Below, in pieces: positions 28,864 through 40,500 of a stretch of 64,000 nt of DNA. The stretch lies in contig OY762933.1 of NCBI GenBank assembly GCA_963666765.1, forward strand, positions 833,814 through 897,813, written 5' to 3'. Position 1 is the first letter of the stretch; each line of letters starts with the position of its first letter. The DNA comes from Gammaproteobacteria bacterium (lineage in GTDB: Bacteria > Pseudomonadota > Gammaproteobacteria > Steroidobacterales > Foliamicaceae). The position numbers were made by a program, and so were the translations under genes. The notes beneath the pieces are model-generated. The model was not told the origin of the DNA and did no database searches. It saw nothing but the letters and a program-made list of their open reading frames with translations.

Positions 28864-29379
28864 TCAACCCGCCCTGGGGGAGCCAGCCGTTCCCGCGCTC
28901 CCGGCGAGCCGACCATGCCGCAGCAGGGAAACCATGTGAACCAGGTGAGCACCCGCCATCACGGCAAAGGCGGCAGGCAGGATGGCCTCGAATATCCAGC
29001 GCGGCAGGCCGCCCAGGGTGGTTTCGCCGTAGTTAATCGTGTCCAGCCAGTACGACCCGCAGATCAACAGCAGCGCCACGCAGGCAAGCATCGCGAAGAC
29101 CTGGGCCGCGACGCCGGCCCACCTGCGGGCCGATTCCGAAAGCACCTGCGAAAGCGCGTCTATCGTGATATGGCGGCTGCCGACGCTGGCGGCCATCGCG
29201 CCCAGCATGGCGATCCACAGCACCAGCCATTCCAGCAGCTGTTCGCTGTACGGAATGGACATGCGGAAGACGTTGCGCCAAAGGATCTGCGCCGCCGCCA
29301 GGACAAGCATCGCACCCAGGCAGGAGGCCAGCAGGCCAGTGAGAAACCGCCCGGCAATCTTGCCCGCCCTGCCCGCCAC
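28864..29379 (-). CDS. dctQ: TRAP transporter small permease
   Basis: 171 aa with 4 hydrophobic segments, sitting between dctP and dctM. GTG start is uncertain. Confidence 0.75.
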   Translation of the reverse strand: MAGRAGKIAGRFLTGLLASCLGAMLVLAAAQILWRNVFRMSIPYSEQLLEWLVLWIAMLGAMAASVGSRHITIDALSQVLSESARRWAGVAAQVFAMLACVALLLICGSYWLDTINYGETTLGGLPRWIFEAILPAAFAVMAGAHLVHMVSLLRHGRLAGSAGTAGSPRAG

Positions 29380-29408
29380 CGGAGCCCCCCGCTAGTTCCG
29401 CACTTGAA

Positions 29409-30434
29409 TCAGCCGGATCCCGATTCGGCGCGGAAATCGTGAAGCGCCTGCATGATTTCTTCATGCATGTCGCGCGAGATCCCCGCTTCGCGCACCAGTT
29501 CGGGGTAGATCTCGGTGAATGCCTGGCGCCAGCGGAGAATTTCTTCGGACGTCAGCGCCAGGTATTCAAGCCCGGAATTCTTCAGCGCCTGCGTGGCTTC
29601 CCTATTGTCCTGGGCATCGCGGCGGTCAAGCTGGGCCGCCAGCACGCCGAATTCCTCGCGGACTATCGCCTGGTTGGACTCGGAAAGCCGGCCGAAAGCC
29701 CTCCTGTCCATCGCCAGCAGTCCGAAAGCAAATACCACGGGAAAGTCCGTGACATAGCGCAAACGGGTGTGCCACTGCAGCAGGATCGCGCCCGACGGCG
29801 GCGTGACGATAACCTCCACCAGCCCCGTCTGCAGGCCCACCAGCACGTCGGATACCGGCAGCTGGACGGGGGCCAGGCCCACCGAACGCATTGCGCGCAG
29901 CCCGATGTCATCGCCGTCGGGCACCCAGATCTTGAGCCCGCGCGCGTCTTCAAGCCGAACCACCGGCTTCCTGCCCGACATGATGAGGGCGAAGCCCAGG
30001 CTGCCGAAGCCGAAGGTCTCGTATCCGCTGTCGCGCAGGCCCTGCTCCAGCACGGGATCAAACCGCCGGCGAATGAAAAGCATTTCCTCGCGCGAACGGA
30101 ACATCAGCGGAAGGCCGTACTGCAGCACGTTCGGATACCTGCCGGCCAGCGCGCTGGAAGTCAGCACCGCTCCCTGCAGTTGGCCTGTGCGAATCTTGCG
30201 CAGGACCCTGAGGTCGTCGCCCATCACGCCGCCACCGTAGAATTTCACCTGCACCTCACCCCCGGTGCGCTCGCCAATCTCCGCGCCCGCGGCACGCATG
30301 TCGCGCATCCAGGCCGACCCCTCGGGCGTAACCGTTGCGATCTTGAGCGTCTGCGCCGAAAGCGGCCCGGCCGCCAGCAGGGCCGCCAAAATCAGCGCGG
30401 CGGACTTCGGCTGACGGGACTCAAAAATATTCAT
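29409..30434 (-). CDS. dctP: TRAP transporter substrate-binding protein (DctP family)
   Basis: Signal peptide, then LKIATVTPEGSAW... DctP-type fold pattern. Its start overlaps the tatT end by 14 nt. Confidence 0.85.
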   Translation of the reverse strand: MNIFESRQPKSAALILAALLAAGPLSAQTLKIATVTPEGSAWMRDMRAAGAEIGERTGGEVQVKFYGGGVMGDDLRVLRKIRTGQLQGAVLTSSALAGRYPNVLQYGLPLMFRSREEMLFIRRRFDPVLEQGLRDSGYETFGFGSLGFALIMSGRKPVVRLEDARGLKIWVPDGDDIGLRAMRSVGLAPVQLPVSDVLVGLQTGLVEVIVTPPSGAILLQWHTRLRYVTDFPVVFAFGLLAMDRRAFGRLSESNQAIVREEFGVLAAQLDRRDAQDNREATQALKNSGLEYLALTSEEILRWRQAFTEIYPELVREAGISRDMHEEIMQALHDFRAESGSG

Positions 30435-31266
30435 CGGCAGTACTCAGCAATTCCCTGGCGTCGGCCTTGGCCAGGTTGTTGAAAAGCGTCAGGCCCGGCT
30501 GATCGACCGGGGCGTCGACCGCCTCTTCAAGCAGCCTGTCATGCAACTCGCGATCATAGAGCAAGCGGGCGCAGTTTCTCGCATACTCCACCAGTACGCT
30601 CAGGTCCTTGCGCTGTGTCAGACGCAACGCCTCATCAAAGTTCCGCATGCCCTCTTCCGGTTCGCCGCCCAGCGAGGCCGGGCGCAGGCATTGCAGCACG
30701 CCCATGTACATGTGCGCGCGCCCGCGAATGTCCGGCGGCGCGACATCCAGCAGCCGTTCCAGCGCCACCTGCAGACGCGGCAGCCGGGCCAGCGCCTCGT
30801 AGTCGCCACGGGCCTGGATCCAGGAAAGATAGCCGATCACGTAGTCATACAGGGCTTGCGCCCTGGCGGCCGGATACGCGCCTATCCGGGCCTCGTATTC
30901 GTCGAAACCCAGCTGCTGCACTCCGCAGCCGGCCCGGTCGGCGGCGCACAGGGCCCTGCGGCCGTAACCATAGGCCCGCTCCGTCAGCTTGTGAGTCCGT
31001 TCGGGATCATTGACGAAGACCACGCCGTAGGCGGCATACAACTGGGCGGCGGAGCCCAGGACCGCGGGGCCTGCGTCCTCACCGGCCAGGCTGTCGATCA
31101 GGATGAGCAGCGTGGGGGTGGCTTCGCGAACGAGTTCGGGATCGTCGTGGCCGAGAACGGCATCGCCGAGCTGTTCGGTCAGGCTGCTGGTTGCGGACTG
31201 AATCAGCGATCCGCAGCCGGAAAGGCCTATCGCCGCGAGAGCAAGCGCCAGGCCCTTTCGCCTCAT
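30421..31266 (-). CDS. tatT: TRAP-associated TPR lipoprotein (TatT family)
   Basis: Lipobox LSGC. Helical-repeat protein with the [23 protein letters not shown]-terminus typical of TatT components of TPAT-type TRAP systems. Sits immediately upstream of dctPQM. Confidence 0.7.
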   Translation of the reverse strand: MRRKGLALALAAIGLSGCGSLIQSATSSLTEQLGDAVLGHDDPELVREATPTLLILIDSLAGEDAGPAVLGSAAQLYAAYGVVFVNDPERTHKLTERAYGYGRRALCAADRAGCGVQQLGFDEYEARIGAYPAARAQALYDYVIGYLSWIQARGDYEALARLPRLQVALERLLDVAPPDIRGRAHMYMGVLQCLRPASLGGEPEEGMRNFDEALRLTQRKDLSVLVEYARNCARLLYDRELHDRLLEEAVDAPVDQPGLTLFNNLAKADARELLSTADEYF

Positions 31267-31607
31267 AGCTTCTCGCGAATTCTCGCGCTCCGCCCGCGCC
31301 GCTGCCGAAGGTAATAGAGCTTTGCGCGCCGCACGTCGCCGCGGCGCTTCACCGTGAGACCGGCAATCATCGGGCTGTGTGTCTGAAAAACCCGCTCGAC
31401 CCCTTCGCCGTGCGATATCTTGCGCACGGTAAACGAGGAATTAAGCCCGCGGTTGCGCTTGGCGATTACGACGCCTTCAAAGGCCTGCAAACGCTGGCGC
31501 TGCCCCTCGTGCACCCGCACCTGCACCACGACCGTGTCTCCCGGAGAGAAGTCCGGAAGGTCGGTGCGGAGTTGTTCCGCTTCAAGTTGTTCAATGATGT
31601 TGGTCAT
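31263..31607 (-). CDS. rplS: 50S ribosomal protein L19
   Basis: [32 protein letters not shown]... Start at internal ATG 31607. Confidence 0.95.
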   Translation of the reverse strand: MTNIIEQLEAEQLRTDLPDFSPGDTVVVQVRVHEGQRQRLQAFEGVVIAKRNRGLNSSFTVRKISHGEGVERVFQTHSPMIAGLTVKRRGDVRRAKLYYLRQRRGRSARIREKL

Positions 31608-32364
31608 CTTTCGCGTCTCGTATTTTAATGTCGTATTCCGCTTGGAATTCCGCCAGCAGACGCCGTTCCTGCTCATTCAGCTCAAGAGCCGTGAACAAAT
31701 CCGGCCGGCGCTTCCAGGTGCGCCCCAGCGACTGCTTCAGGCGCCAGGTCCGCACCTGCTCGTGATCGCCGCCCAGCAGCACTTCCGGCGCTGCCCGGCC
31801 TTCCACCACGGCGGGTCGAGTGTACTGCGGAAAATCCAGAAGGCCAACAGAGAACGAGTCCTCCTCGGCCGAGCGATCATCACCCAGGGCGCCGGGCAAC
31901 AGCCGCACCACTGCGTCGATGACCACGCAAGCGGCCAGTTCGCCGCCACTCAGGACAAAGTCTCCCAGTGACAGTTCTTCGTCGGCTTCCAGTTCCACCA
32001 CGCGTTCGTCAATCCCTTCGTAGCGCCCCGCGACCAGCACCATGCCGCGGCCGGACGCCAGTTCCCGCGCGCGCTGCTGGCTGAAGCGGTCGCCTTGCGG
32101 AGTCAGAAAGATGACCGGCGCGCCGCCGGGCGCCTCGGCGCGCGCCGACCTGATCGCCGCCAGCATGGGCGCGGGGCTCAGGACCATGCCGGGGCCTCCG
32201 CCGTAGGGACGGTCGTCCACGCTGCGGTGCGGCCCGGCGGCGAAGTCGCGCGGGTTCACGCATCGCAGGCCGGCCACGCCAGCTTCCAGCGCACGCCCGC
32301 AAACGCCGCCCCTGAAGGCGTCCAGCACCATTTCCGGGTGCAGGCATACGGTAGTGATTTGCAT
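31591..32364 (-). CDS. trmD: tRNA (guanine37-N1)-methyltransferase
   Basis: [13 protein letters not shown] and [11 protein letters not shown] motifs, 257 aa. Confidence 0.93.
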   Translation of the reverse strand: MQITTVCLHPEMVLDAFRGGVCGRALEAGVAGLRCVNPRDFAAGPHRSVDDRPYGGGPGMVLSPAPMLAAIRSARAEAPGGAPVIFLTPQGDRFSQQRARELASGRGMVLVAGRYEGIDERVVELEADEELSLGDFVLSGGELAACVVIDAVVRLLPGALGDDRSAEEDSFSVGLLDFPQYTRPAVVEGRAAPEVLLGGDHEQVRTWRLKQSLGRTWKRRPDLFTALELNEQERRLLAEFQAEYDIKIRDAKDDQHH

Positions 32365-32376
32365 CCGGGGCCCGCC

Positions 32377-32967
32377 CTAATCCGCCGGGTCCCAGTCGAC
32401 GATCAGCCGGCGCTCCTGGAGGTTGACCTCGCGCACCCGGCTTCCCGGCACAAAGGGAATCAGCCGCCTGCGCCTGCCCTCCACGATCAGCACGTCATTG
32501 GCGCCGGTGGCCATCAGGCCGCTGACCCGGCCCAGGGGCTCGCCCTCGAGATTTCGCACTTCGAGGCCTTCCAGGTCGGCCCAATACCATTCATCCTTGC
32601 CGGCCGGCGGCAGATCCGCGCGATTCACCCGGATCTCCGCGCCGCGCAGGCCTTCCGCCGCATCGCGCGTATCTATCCCTTCCAGGAGGCATTCCAGGCC
32701 CCGGGGAGTGATCCGAAAGCGCTGCAAGGTCATCTCCCTGCACTGGCCGTTCACGAGCAGATTCCAAGTGCGGTAGTTCTGAAGTTGTGCGGGCGGGTCG
32801 GCAAAGGATTTCACCCTGAGCCAGCCCTTCAGTCCCCGGGCGGCGCCCAGCCGGCCCATGGGAATCAGTATTGCTTCCGGCGTCTGGTTCTCCGGCTGTT
32901 CCGGCTCAGCCCGAGTCCTTGCCGGTCGCGGTGGCGCCTTGGCCATCTTCCTGCGCGCCGCCGTCAT
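32377..32967 (-). CDS. rimM: 16S rRNA processing protein RimM
   Basis: [18 protein letters not shown]... and PRC-barrel C-terminus. The start is uncertain (32967, 32946 or 32859). The two longer options overlap the rpsP tail. Confidence 0.85.
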   Translation of the reverse strand: MTAARRKMAKAPPRPARTRAEPEQPENQTPEAILIPMGRLGAARGLKGWLRVKSFADPPAQLQNYRTWNLLVNGQCREMTLQRFRITPRGLECLLEGIDTRDAAEGLRGAEIRVNRADLPPAGKDEWYWADLEGLEVRNLEGEPLGRVSGLMATGANDVLIVEGRRRRLIPFVPGSRVREVNLQERRLIVDWDPAD

Positions 32968-33601
32968 CCGGCGCGTCCTCGTCTGGTTCTTCCCCGGCCT
33001 CCGCCGCGGCCTGTTCGGCTTCGCCCTCGCCTTCCGCCGCTTCTTCTTCGGATGCCGCCGCTGCTTCCTGTTCGGTCTCGCCCTCCTCTTCCGCTACTGC
33101 TTCCCCGGCGGTCGCCGCTTCCTCCGCGTTCAGCTCTTCCGCGGCAGTCTCTTCGGCTTCGGCCGCAGGCTTGCCGTCCGTCTCGGCCTGGGCCGCTTCT
33201 TCTTCGGCAGCCTCGGCGGTCACAGCCTCTTCCTCAGAAGCCTCCTCGACCCTGGCTTCTTCTGCCGGAGCCGTCTCCGCGGCAACATCGGCGGCCACGT
33301 TCTCCGGAGCCTCGTCCGCAACAGCAGCCTCCTGCGCCTCACTGGCCGCCTGGTCCCCCTCCATGCGCCGGCGGCGAATCAGTTGCCGCACGCGCTCGGA
33401 GGGCTGCGCACCCTGTCCCAGCCAGTAATCGACCCGATTCAGAGCCAGCTTCAGGTGCTGCTCCCCGCCGGTCGCGATGGGGTTGTAGAAACCCAGGCGC
33501 TCGATAAACCGACCGTTGCGCTTGTTTCGCCGGTCGGTAACGACGATGTGATAAAAAGGTCTTTTCTTGGCCCCGTGACGGGAAAGCCTTATGCCTACCA
33601 T
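32906..33601 (-). CDS. rpsP: 30S ribosomal protein S16 with a ~150-aa Glu/Ala-rich C-terminal extension
   Basis: [41 protein letters not shown]... canonical S16 core (~85 aa). It is followed in-frame by an acidic low-complexity tail to the stop at 32906. Confidence 0.88.
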   Translation of the reverse strand: MVGIRLSRHGAKKRPFYHIVVTDRRNKRNGRFIERLGFYNPIATGGEQHLKLALNRVDYWLGQGAQPSERVRQLIRRRRMEGDQAASEAQEAAVADEAPENVAADVAAETAPAEEARVEEASEEEAVTAEAAEEEAAQAETDGKPAAEAEETAAEELNAEEAATAGEAVAEEEGETEQEAAAASEEEAAEGEGEAEQAAAEAGEEPDEDAPDDGGAQEDGQGATATGKDSG

Positions 33602-33819
33602 GGAAAATAATCCCGCGGCCAAGCCGCTCGTAAAACCTGTAGATTGTACCAAATCTGATCCTGTTTCCCGCTCATCATTACGCTTACCTGACACACTCCT
33701 GCATAACCTGGGGACGTGGACCTCACCTCGGGTTAAATGGAAAGCAAGTTCGGCGTAAGTTCGCAAGCGCTGCCGACCGTAGTATATTTTCAATAATATC
33801 TGTAGGTTAGAATGATAGT

Positions 33820-34443
33820 ATGCGGAAAATATCAAGAACATTAGCCTGGCTTGTCGTTACCGCAGTGCTGGCCGCAGTTCTTGGCCTGTTATTCGGGGCC
33901 AATGTCGAAAAGGCACCGGAATCATCCGCTGTGATGTCAGGCGAGTCTCCGGATCCCGCGCAAACCACCCGGACTGATCAAGCCGCAACCGGAATCGCAA
34001 CCCCTGGACGGGCCTGGAACACCGTCGATCCCGATCAGGTTGAGCGCCTGCCGCCCTACAAGGAAACAGTCCCGGGCAGGCGGCTGGTTCGTATTGCGGA
34101 TTCGATACAGAACTGGAAGGAGGGCGACGAGGTGGCTTTTGAGGTGAAGCAACTGGGAAGGACTCTCGACGGCCTGGTGGAGCAGGTTAAGGTGGATGGT
34201 TGGGGGAACCGCTCCTACGTGGGCTCAATCAAGGAGCCCGGAACACGAAGCTACAGGTTTTTGGTTACAGTTGGAGCCCGAAACACCTTTGCCTATCTGG
34301 ACACGCCACAGGGAACCTTTGAACTTGTTGCGTTGAATGATCTGGGCTGGCTCATGCCCACGGCAGGCATGGATCAGCATGTGGATTTCAGCCGCCCTGA
34401 CATTATCGGACCGGAAGCGGAGCGTTACCGGCGACCGCGCTAA
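33820..34443 (+). CDS. hypothetical membrane-anchored/secreted protein upstream of the giant metzincin gene
   Basis: N-terminal hydrophobic anchor ([20 protein letters not shown]). No family recognised. Same strand as the giant gene and 20-80 nt upstream of it. Confidence 0.5.
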   Translation: MRKISRTLAWLVVTAVLAAVLGLLFGANVEKAPESSAVMSGESPDPAQTTRTDQAATGIATPGRAWNTVDPDQVERLPPYKETVPGRRLVRIADSIQNWKEGDEVAFEVKQLGRTLDGLVEQVKVDGWGNRSYVGSIKEPGTRSYRFLVTVGARNTFAYLDTPQGTFELVALNDLGWLMPTAGMDQHVDFSRPDIIGPEAERYRRPR

Positions 34444-34504
34444 GGCCCGGGGCGCTACAGGCTCAGGTTTGAAAACTCACGCCATTACATCAGGCAGTCT
34501 TGCC

Positions 34505-37500
34505 TTGGGGGATCCCAAGCGATTGCCCCATTGGCCGATTCGCGCACTACTTGCAGTGGGGAGCGTAGCGCTTCTGGTATTGCCTTCGCCGCGAGCGCAG
34601 GCGCATCAGCATATCGAGCTGGTTTGCCCCTGTCGCGTAGAAACCTCCAATCTGACCTCCGTCACGCTGACTTTCGGCCTCCGCAATCTTAATGATGAAG
34701 AAGCCGACGGGCCCTTCCGGATCGTGCTGCTCGGGCGCAGCGCTGATTCGAAAGGCGAATGGAAAGAACTGGCTACCGCGCACGCCCCGGTGGTACAGGC
34801 AAGTTCAGAACATGCGGTTCAGGATTACACGGTGGCGCTCAAGGAACCCGAACGAAGCGGCAGATACGAATTCGGGTTGGAGGTGTACGAGGAAACGGAG
34901 GATTACTGGCCGGTTCAATCCATCTACTGGATTGCCGAAACAGTGGAACTGGAAACCGGCGGAAGCGCTTTTTCCTCCGCTTATTTCGAGGGCGCCCCCT
35001 CCATCCGGATCAGCGGTGAAAGCGCCACGCTGAATCTGCCCATCATCCGCAATGCCCCCAAGGGGCCGTCCGCCGGTCAAGTGAAGGCCGCGCTAATGGC
35101 CACTGAGCAAAAGGAGTTCGATTCGCCGCGCTCGACCATAGCGGAACGGACGATCGGCGAATTACCGCCGGGGGGCGAAATCCCGGCGGTAAGACTGACA
35201 TTTTCTTATTCGCCCGCCGCCGGAAGAAACTACCTGCACGCAGTGATACTGAACAGCGAGGGTGGCCTGCTTGCATATCAGACAATAGTCGTTCCGCCGG
35301 GGGGAAAGCTTCCGGAGCGAAGGTTCGCCACGTCCGACGCCGACATGCTCAAAGACACGGACGGCGACGGCGTAGGTGACGTCAACGAACGGCTTGAAGG
35401 CACCGATCCGAACGACGGCAACTCCACTCCCGGCGACTCCACAATTGACGTGCTGGCGCTTTACAGCCCCGGCCTGGCGGAACTGTACCGGGGCGACGCC
35501 GTCTCCCGCATCAGTCATCTGATGACGCTTACCGATGAAATATTCAGAAACAGCGGCTCAGGGATGCGCATCCGTCTGGTGGGTATCAGCGAAGCCGCGA
35601 TCGATGACACTGTGACCGACTCCACCGTGCCCGAAGGAGAGCTGCGCGAACTCACGGAACTGCACGGCGCGGACATGGCCGTGATGTTCCGGCCGTTTGT
35701 TGAAAACACGGGCCTGTGCGGATGGGCGCCTGCTATAGGAGGGTATCAGGACAACGGCATCATTAACGATTTCATTGACGCCCCCTTAGGCCATGTTTTC
35801 GGTGACTGCGGCGCGATCACCACGGCCCACGAGCTGGGACACCTCATGGGCCTTGGACATTCTCAAGCGCAGGGCGAGGTAGGCACTTTCCGATGGGCGC
35901 GGGGTCACGGCGTATGGGAGGAGTTCGTGACGGTAATGGCGTACAGCAGCGCCTACGGCCATCCCGAAGAGATCGGCTTGTTCTCCAGTCCGCAGCGGGA
36001 TTGCAACGGCTTCCCCTGCGGGATCGGCGCTGGAGCGGCGGACAGCGCGGATGCGGCGAGAACGCTCGGCGTCGTGCGGTTTCAACTGGAGGACATCAAC
36101 GAGCAGAAGCCGGATTCCGATAATGACGGATTCATTGATACCGTTGACGCATTTCCTGATGATCCGAACGAACTGCGGGACACCGACGGCGACGGCATCG
36201 GCGATAACGCCGACCCCGACGCCGATAACGACGGCGTGTTGGACGCCGTCGATTTCTATCCGCTGGACCCACGTGAATGGGCGGACACCGACGGCGACGG
36301 CGTGGGGGACAACGCGGATGCCTTCCCCGAGGACTGGCTGGAAACCAAAGACACCGACAGCGACGGGGCCGGCGACAATTCAGACCGTTTCCCGCTGGAT
36401 CCTTCGGAAACGGTGGACACCGACAACGACGGGGTCGGGAATAATGGCGATCCGTTTCCATTCGATTCGCGCGAATGGGCGGATACCGACGGCGACGGCA
36501 TCGGCGATAACGCCGACCCCGACGCCGACAACGACGGCGTTCCGGACACACAGGATGTGTATCCTCGCGATGCCACGCGGTCAGAATACTCCTCGTACAG
36601 GTTCATCGGCGAAGGTTTGCTGGGCGAGCCGAAGTTGTCGTCCGCTGGCGACCTCGACGGCGATGGCCGCTCCGAACTGCTTGTCGGAATGCCCTGGACA
36701 TGGAACGGCGGCAAGCGAGGAGGAGGCTGGCTGCTTGCGGCCGCGGACCTGCGCGCGGCGGACGAAGCTGATGGCGTAGCGGATCACATTATCGATCTGG
36801 ACCAGACCGGCCCCCTGCCCGGGTCGTGGAGGTTTTCCGCTGAATCGGCTGGAGACGAGGCCGGAAGCAGCGTCGCCAGGGCTGGCGACATCGATGGCGA
36901 CGGCGTCGCGGATCTGCTGATTGGAGCCCAGAATCACGGACCTGCGGAACAGCTCTGGTTCGCTGGCGCAGCGTATCTGATCTCGGCGGGAGACCTGACA
37001 GCGGCGGACGTAGAGGATGGCGAGGCGGATCGTGTTATCGAACTGAAGCATATCGCCCGGCAGCAGAACTCATGGAAATTCGTCGGGGGGACGGAACATA
37101 CCTACGCCGGCTTTCGCGTAGGTGGCCTGGGCGACTTTAATGGAGACAGCCGGGATGATCTCGTGATTGCCGCCCGTACCGAGGCCGGGACGATTTACGT
37201 AGTGTCCGGCCGTGAACTTGCCGCCGCAGACGAAGCCGACGGTACAGCGGACAGTCTCATTTCATTGTCCCGGATAGCCGAAAGGCCCGGGTCCTGGAAA
37301 CTGGTCGGCGCGCAGGAAGAGGATTACGCGGGCTATGTGGCCCCGGTGGATGATATCGACGGGCATGGCGGCAGGGGCTTGATAATGGCCTCCGGGCTCC
37401 ATTCGGGAGAATCAGGCAGAGGTATCGGAGCGGTCTATCTGGCGGCGGCCTCCGATCTCCCGGCGGTAGATCAGGCCGATGGCGCTGCGGATGGCGTAGT

Positions 37501-40500
37501 TGACCTTGGCCGGATATCCGAAGGACAACATTCCTGGATATTTCTGGGCGCAGTGAACGATCCCCTGCGGCACGCCGTTTCCCTTGGACCCGCAAATGTC
37601 GGCGATCCTCCGGACATGCTCTTGATGAGCGTCAACACGATCTTCTATCTCAAGGGCGCCAGCCTGGCCGAGGCGGACCAGGCTGATGGCGATTCAGATC
37701 ATGTCATTCGCCTCGATGTGGCCGATTCTCCGACCACGCCCCTGGCGAAAATCAACTCCTTCAACATATTTGGGTTTGCGTCTTTGGGAGACGTGGATGG
37801 TGACGGGATGTCCGATCTGTTTTTGCCCGGAATCCATGGGCATCTTATTGGCCGGCAGGAGTTAAGCGCCTTGAAACCTGGCGATGACGTCCGGATCGAA
37901 GACCTCCACGCGCGCGGAGAATCCTGGAAGCTTGTCCAGACCGGGGATTTCCATCACGTGCTTCCGGCGGGAGATGTGGATGGCGACGGGCGCACGGATG
38001 TTCTCGCAGCCACGCAGGACGAGTTCTATCTTCTGGCTTCTTCCGACCTCGTCCTTCTTGACAGCGCCAACGGGGCCCCGGACAGAACAATTGAAATGGC
38101 CCAGGTTGGCGGAGACGAAAACGGCGACGGAATCCCCAACATTGTCGATCAGGATGACGATGGCGATGGCTACCTGGACAGCGTGGACCGCTTCCCTTCC
38201 GATCCGGTCGACTGGATTGATTCGGATGGCGATGGCGTAGGCGACAACAGGGATTTGTTTCCGTCCGACCCTTTCGAGCACTCGGACACGGATGCCGATG
38301 GTCTGGGTAACAGCGAGGATCCGGATGACGATAATGACGGCATTATGGATTGGAACGACCCATTCCCCCGGGACACCGACGATGACGGAACGGAAAACGC
38401 ATATGACGAGGATGACGACGGCGACGGCGTGCCGGACAGGAACGATCACTTTCCGCTGGACCCCTCTGAATCGAGGGACACGGATGGCGACGGGACCGGT
38501 GACGCTGCGGACGGCGATGATGATAACGACGGCGTTGCCGACGAAGAGGACCACTTGCCGCTGGATCCCTCCGAATCGGTGGACACGGATGGAGACGGCG
38601 TCGGAGACAATAGCGACGCCTTTGCCGACAATCCTCAGGAGTCGTCGGACCATGATGGCGACGGCGTAGGCGATAACAGCGACAGGGATGATGATGGAGA
38701 TGGAGTGCCCGACCTGAGTGACGCCTTCCCCCTGAACTCCGCTGAGTCATCCGACAGCGACAGCGACGGTGTGGGCGATAACTCGGATGCATTTCCGCGT
38801 GATGGATCCGAGTGGGCGGACACCGACAACGACGGACTGGGCGATAACACCGATGATGATGATGACAACGACGGATATACGGATAATGCCGACGCGTTTC
38901 CGCTGCGCCCGAATCAAACACGGCTGTTTCATTACCGGCTGCAGGGAGAAAGACCGGGCTCGCGCGCCGGCGCAGCTGTTTACCCGGCGGGCGATAGCGA
39001 TGGCGACGGACTCGATGAAGCGTTGATCGGCGCACCGGCGGTTAGCTGGCCCGGCGGGATCATTTCCTTCGGCGCCGCGTACCTGGTCTCCGGCGCTGAC
39101 CTGGATGCCTCGGACCGTGCGGACGGTATCGCTGACGGCGCAATTGATCTTGGAAACGCGCCGGCGCAACCATCCTCATGGGCAGTAACCGGAAGCCTGG
39201 TCCGTGATCAGGTCGGGCGCTCCATCACGCGGCGGGGCGAAGGCGGCGGCCTATGGACCATCAGCGCGCATGGGCATGAGAATCACCGGGGATCGGTATT
39301 TCTGACCTCCTCCGAACGGATTGCGGATGCCGACAGGGAGGACGGGCAGGATGGGATTGCGCGAACCGACTATTTGCGGCATAAGTCCGGCGTCTGGGAA
39401 TTGATCGGCGAAAATGAAGCAACAGATACCGGTTACTCCGTATCTTCCGCGGGGGACGTGCATGCGGATGGTCACAATGACGTGCTGGTGGGCGCGCCTC
39501 TGTATGGCGACCGGGGCGAAGGCGCCGCCTACCTGATTTCAGGCGCTGATCTGGAAGGACTGGACGCCGCGGATGGCCAGAGCGACGGGCGTATCGAGCT
39601 GGCCCGCGCCGCCGCGCAGACCGGATCATGGAAATTGGTGGGCAGTGACGGGCAGGCGGGCGAACATGTGGCGTTTGCCGGCGACATCGACGGCGATGGC
39701 CGCTCCGATCTGATCATCGGCGCACCCTTCGGTTCGGAAGGAGAAAGGCTGCGGGGCATTGTGTATCTCGTGGCCGCGGCGGATTTGAGCGCCGCGGACG
39801 GAGCCGACGGCCAGACGGACGGCGTCATTAATCTGGATAACGTTGCAGAACAGGCCGAATCATGGAAGTTCCTTGGCGAGGAAATGCTCAATTTCGCGGG
39901 GAGCGCCGCCATGGCGAAAAACATGGACGGAGACGGAAAGCCGGAATTGGTGATTACGGCGCCAGGACACGGCCAGGGCAGCGGAGCAATCTACATTCTT
40001 CCGATGGACCATCTGGCCGCGGCGGACGCCGCGGATGGAACCAGCGACCATGTGATTCTCCTGAATGAATTCCCGGATTCTCTGGAAGGCGCATGGAAAC
40101 TGACAGGCGAAGGCAACGCCTTCTGGAGCTTTGGCGTGGGCAGTGGGGCGGGAACCTCCCTGTCCGGTCTGGACCTCAACCGCGATGGCCGGACGGAACT
40201 GCTGATAGGCGCCCCGAACTACATGGAACGTGGCATCTGGTGCGCGGAGGCGGGGCGGCAGCAGCAGCCCGGCGCCGTGTATCTCATCTCAAGTGATGAC
40301 CTGGCGCGCGCGGACGCCGCGGATGGTGAAACGGACAGGGTGGTCAGGCTGGCGAAAACGATCGGAGCGGGCAATTCGTGGAAATTCGTGGGCGAAGCCA
40401 CTGACCGTATGGGATCGAGCATTTCCGGCGCGGGCGACCTGAACGAGGACGGAACGGTGGATCTCATTTTTGGAGCGGCGGATCAGTTCCGGCGCGCAAG

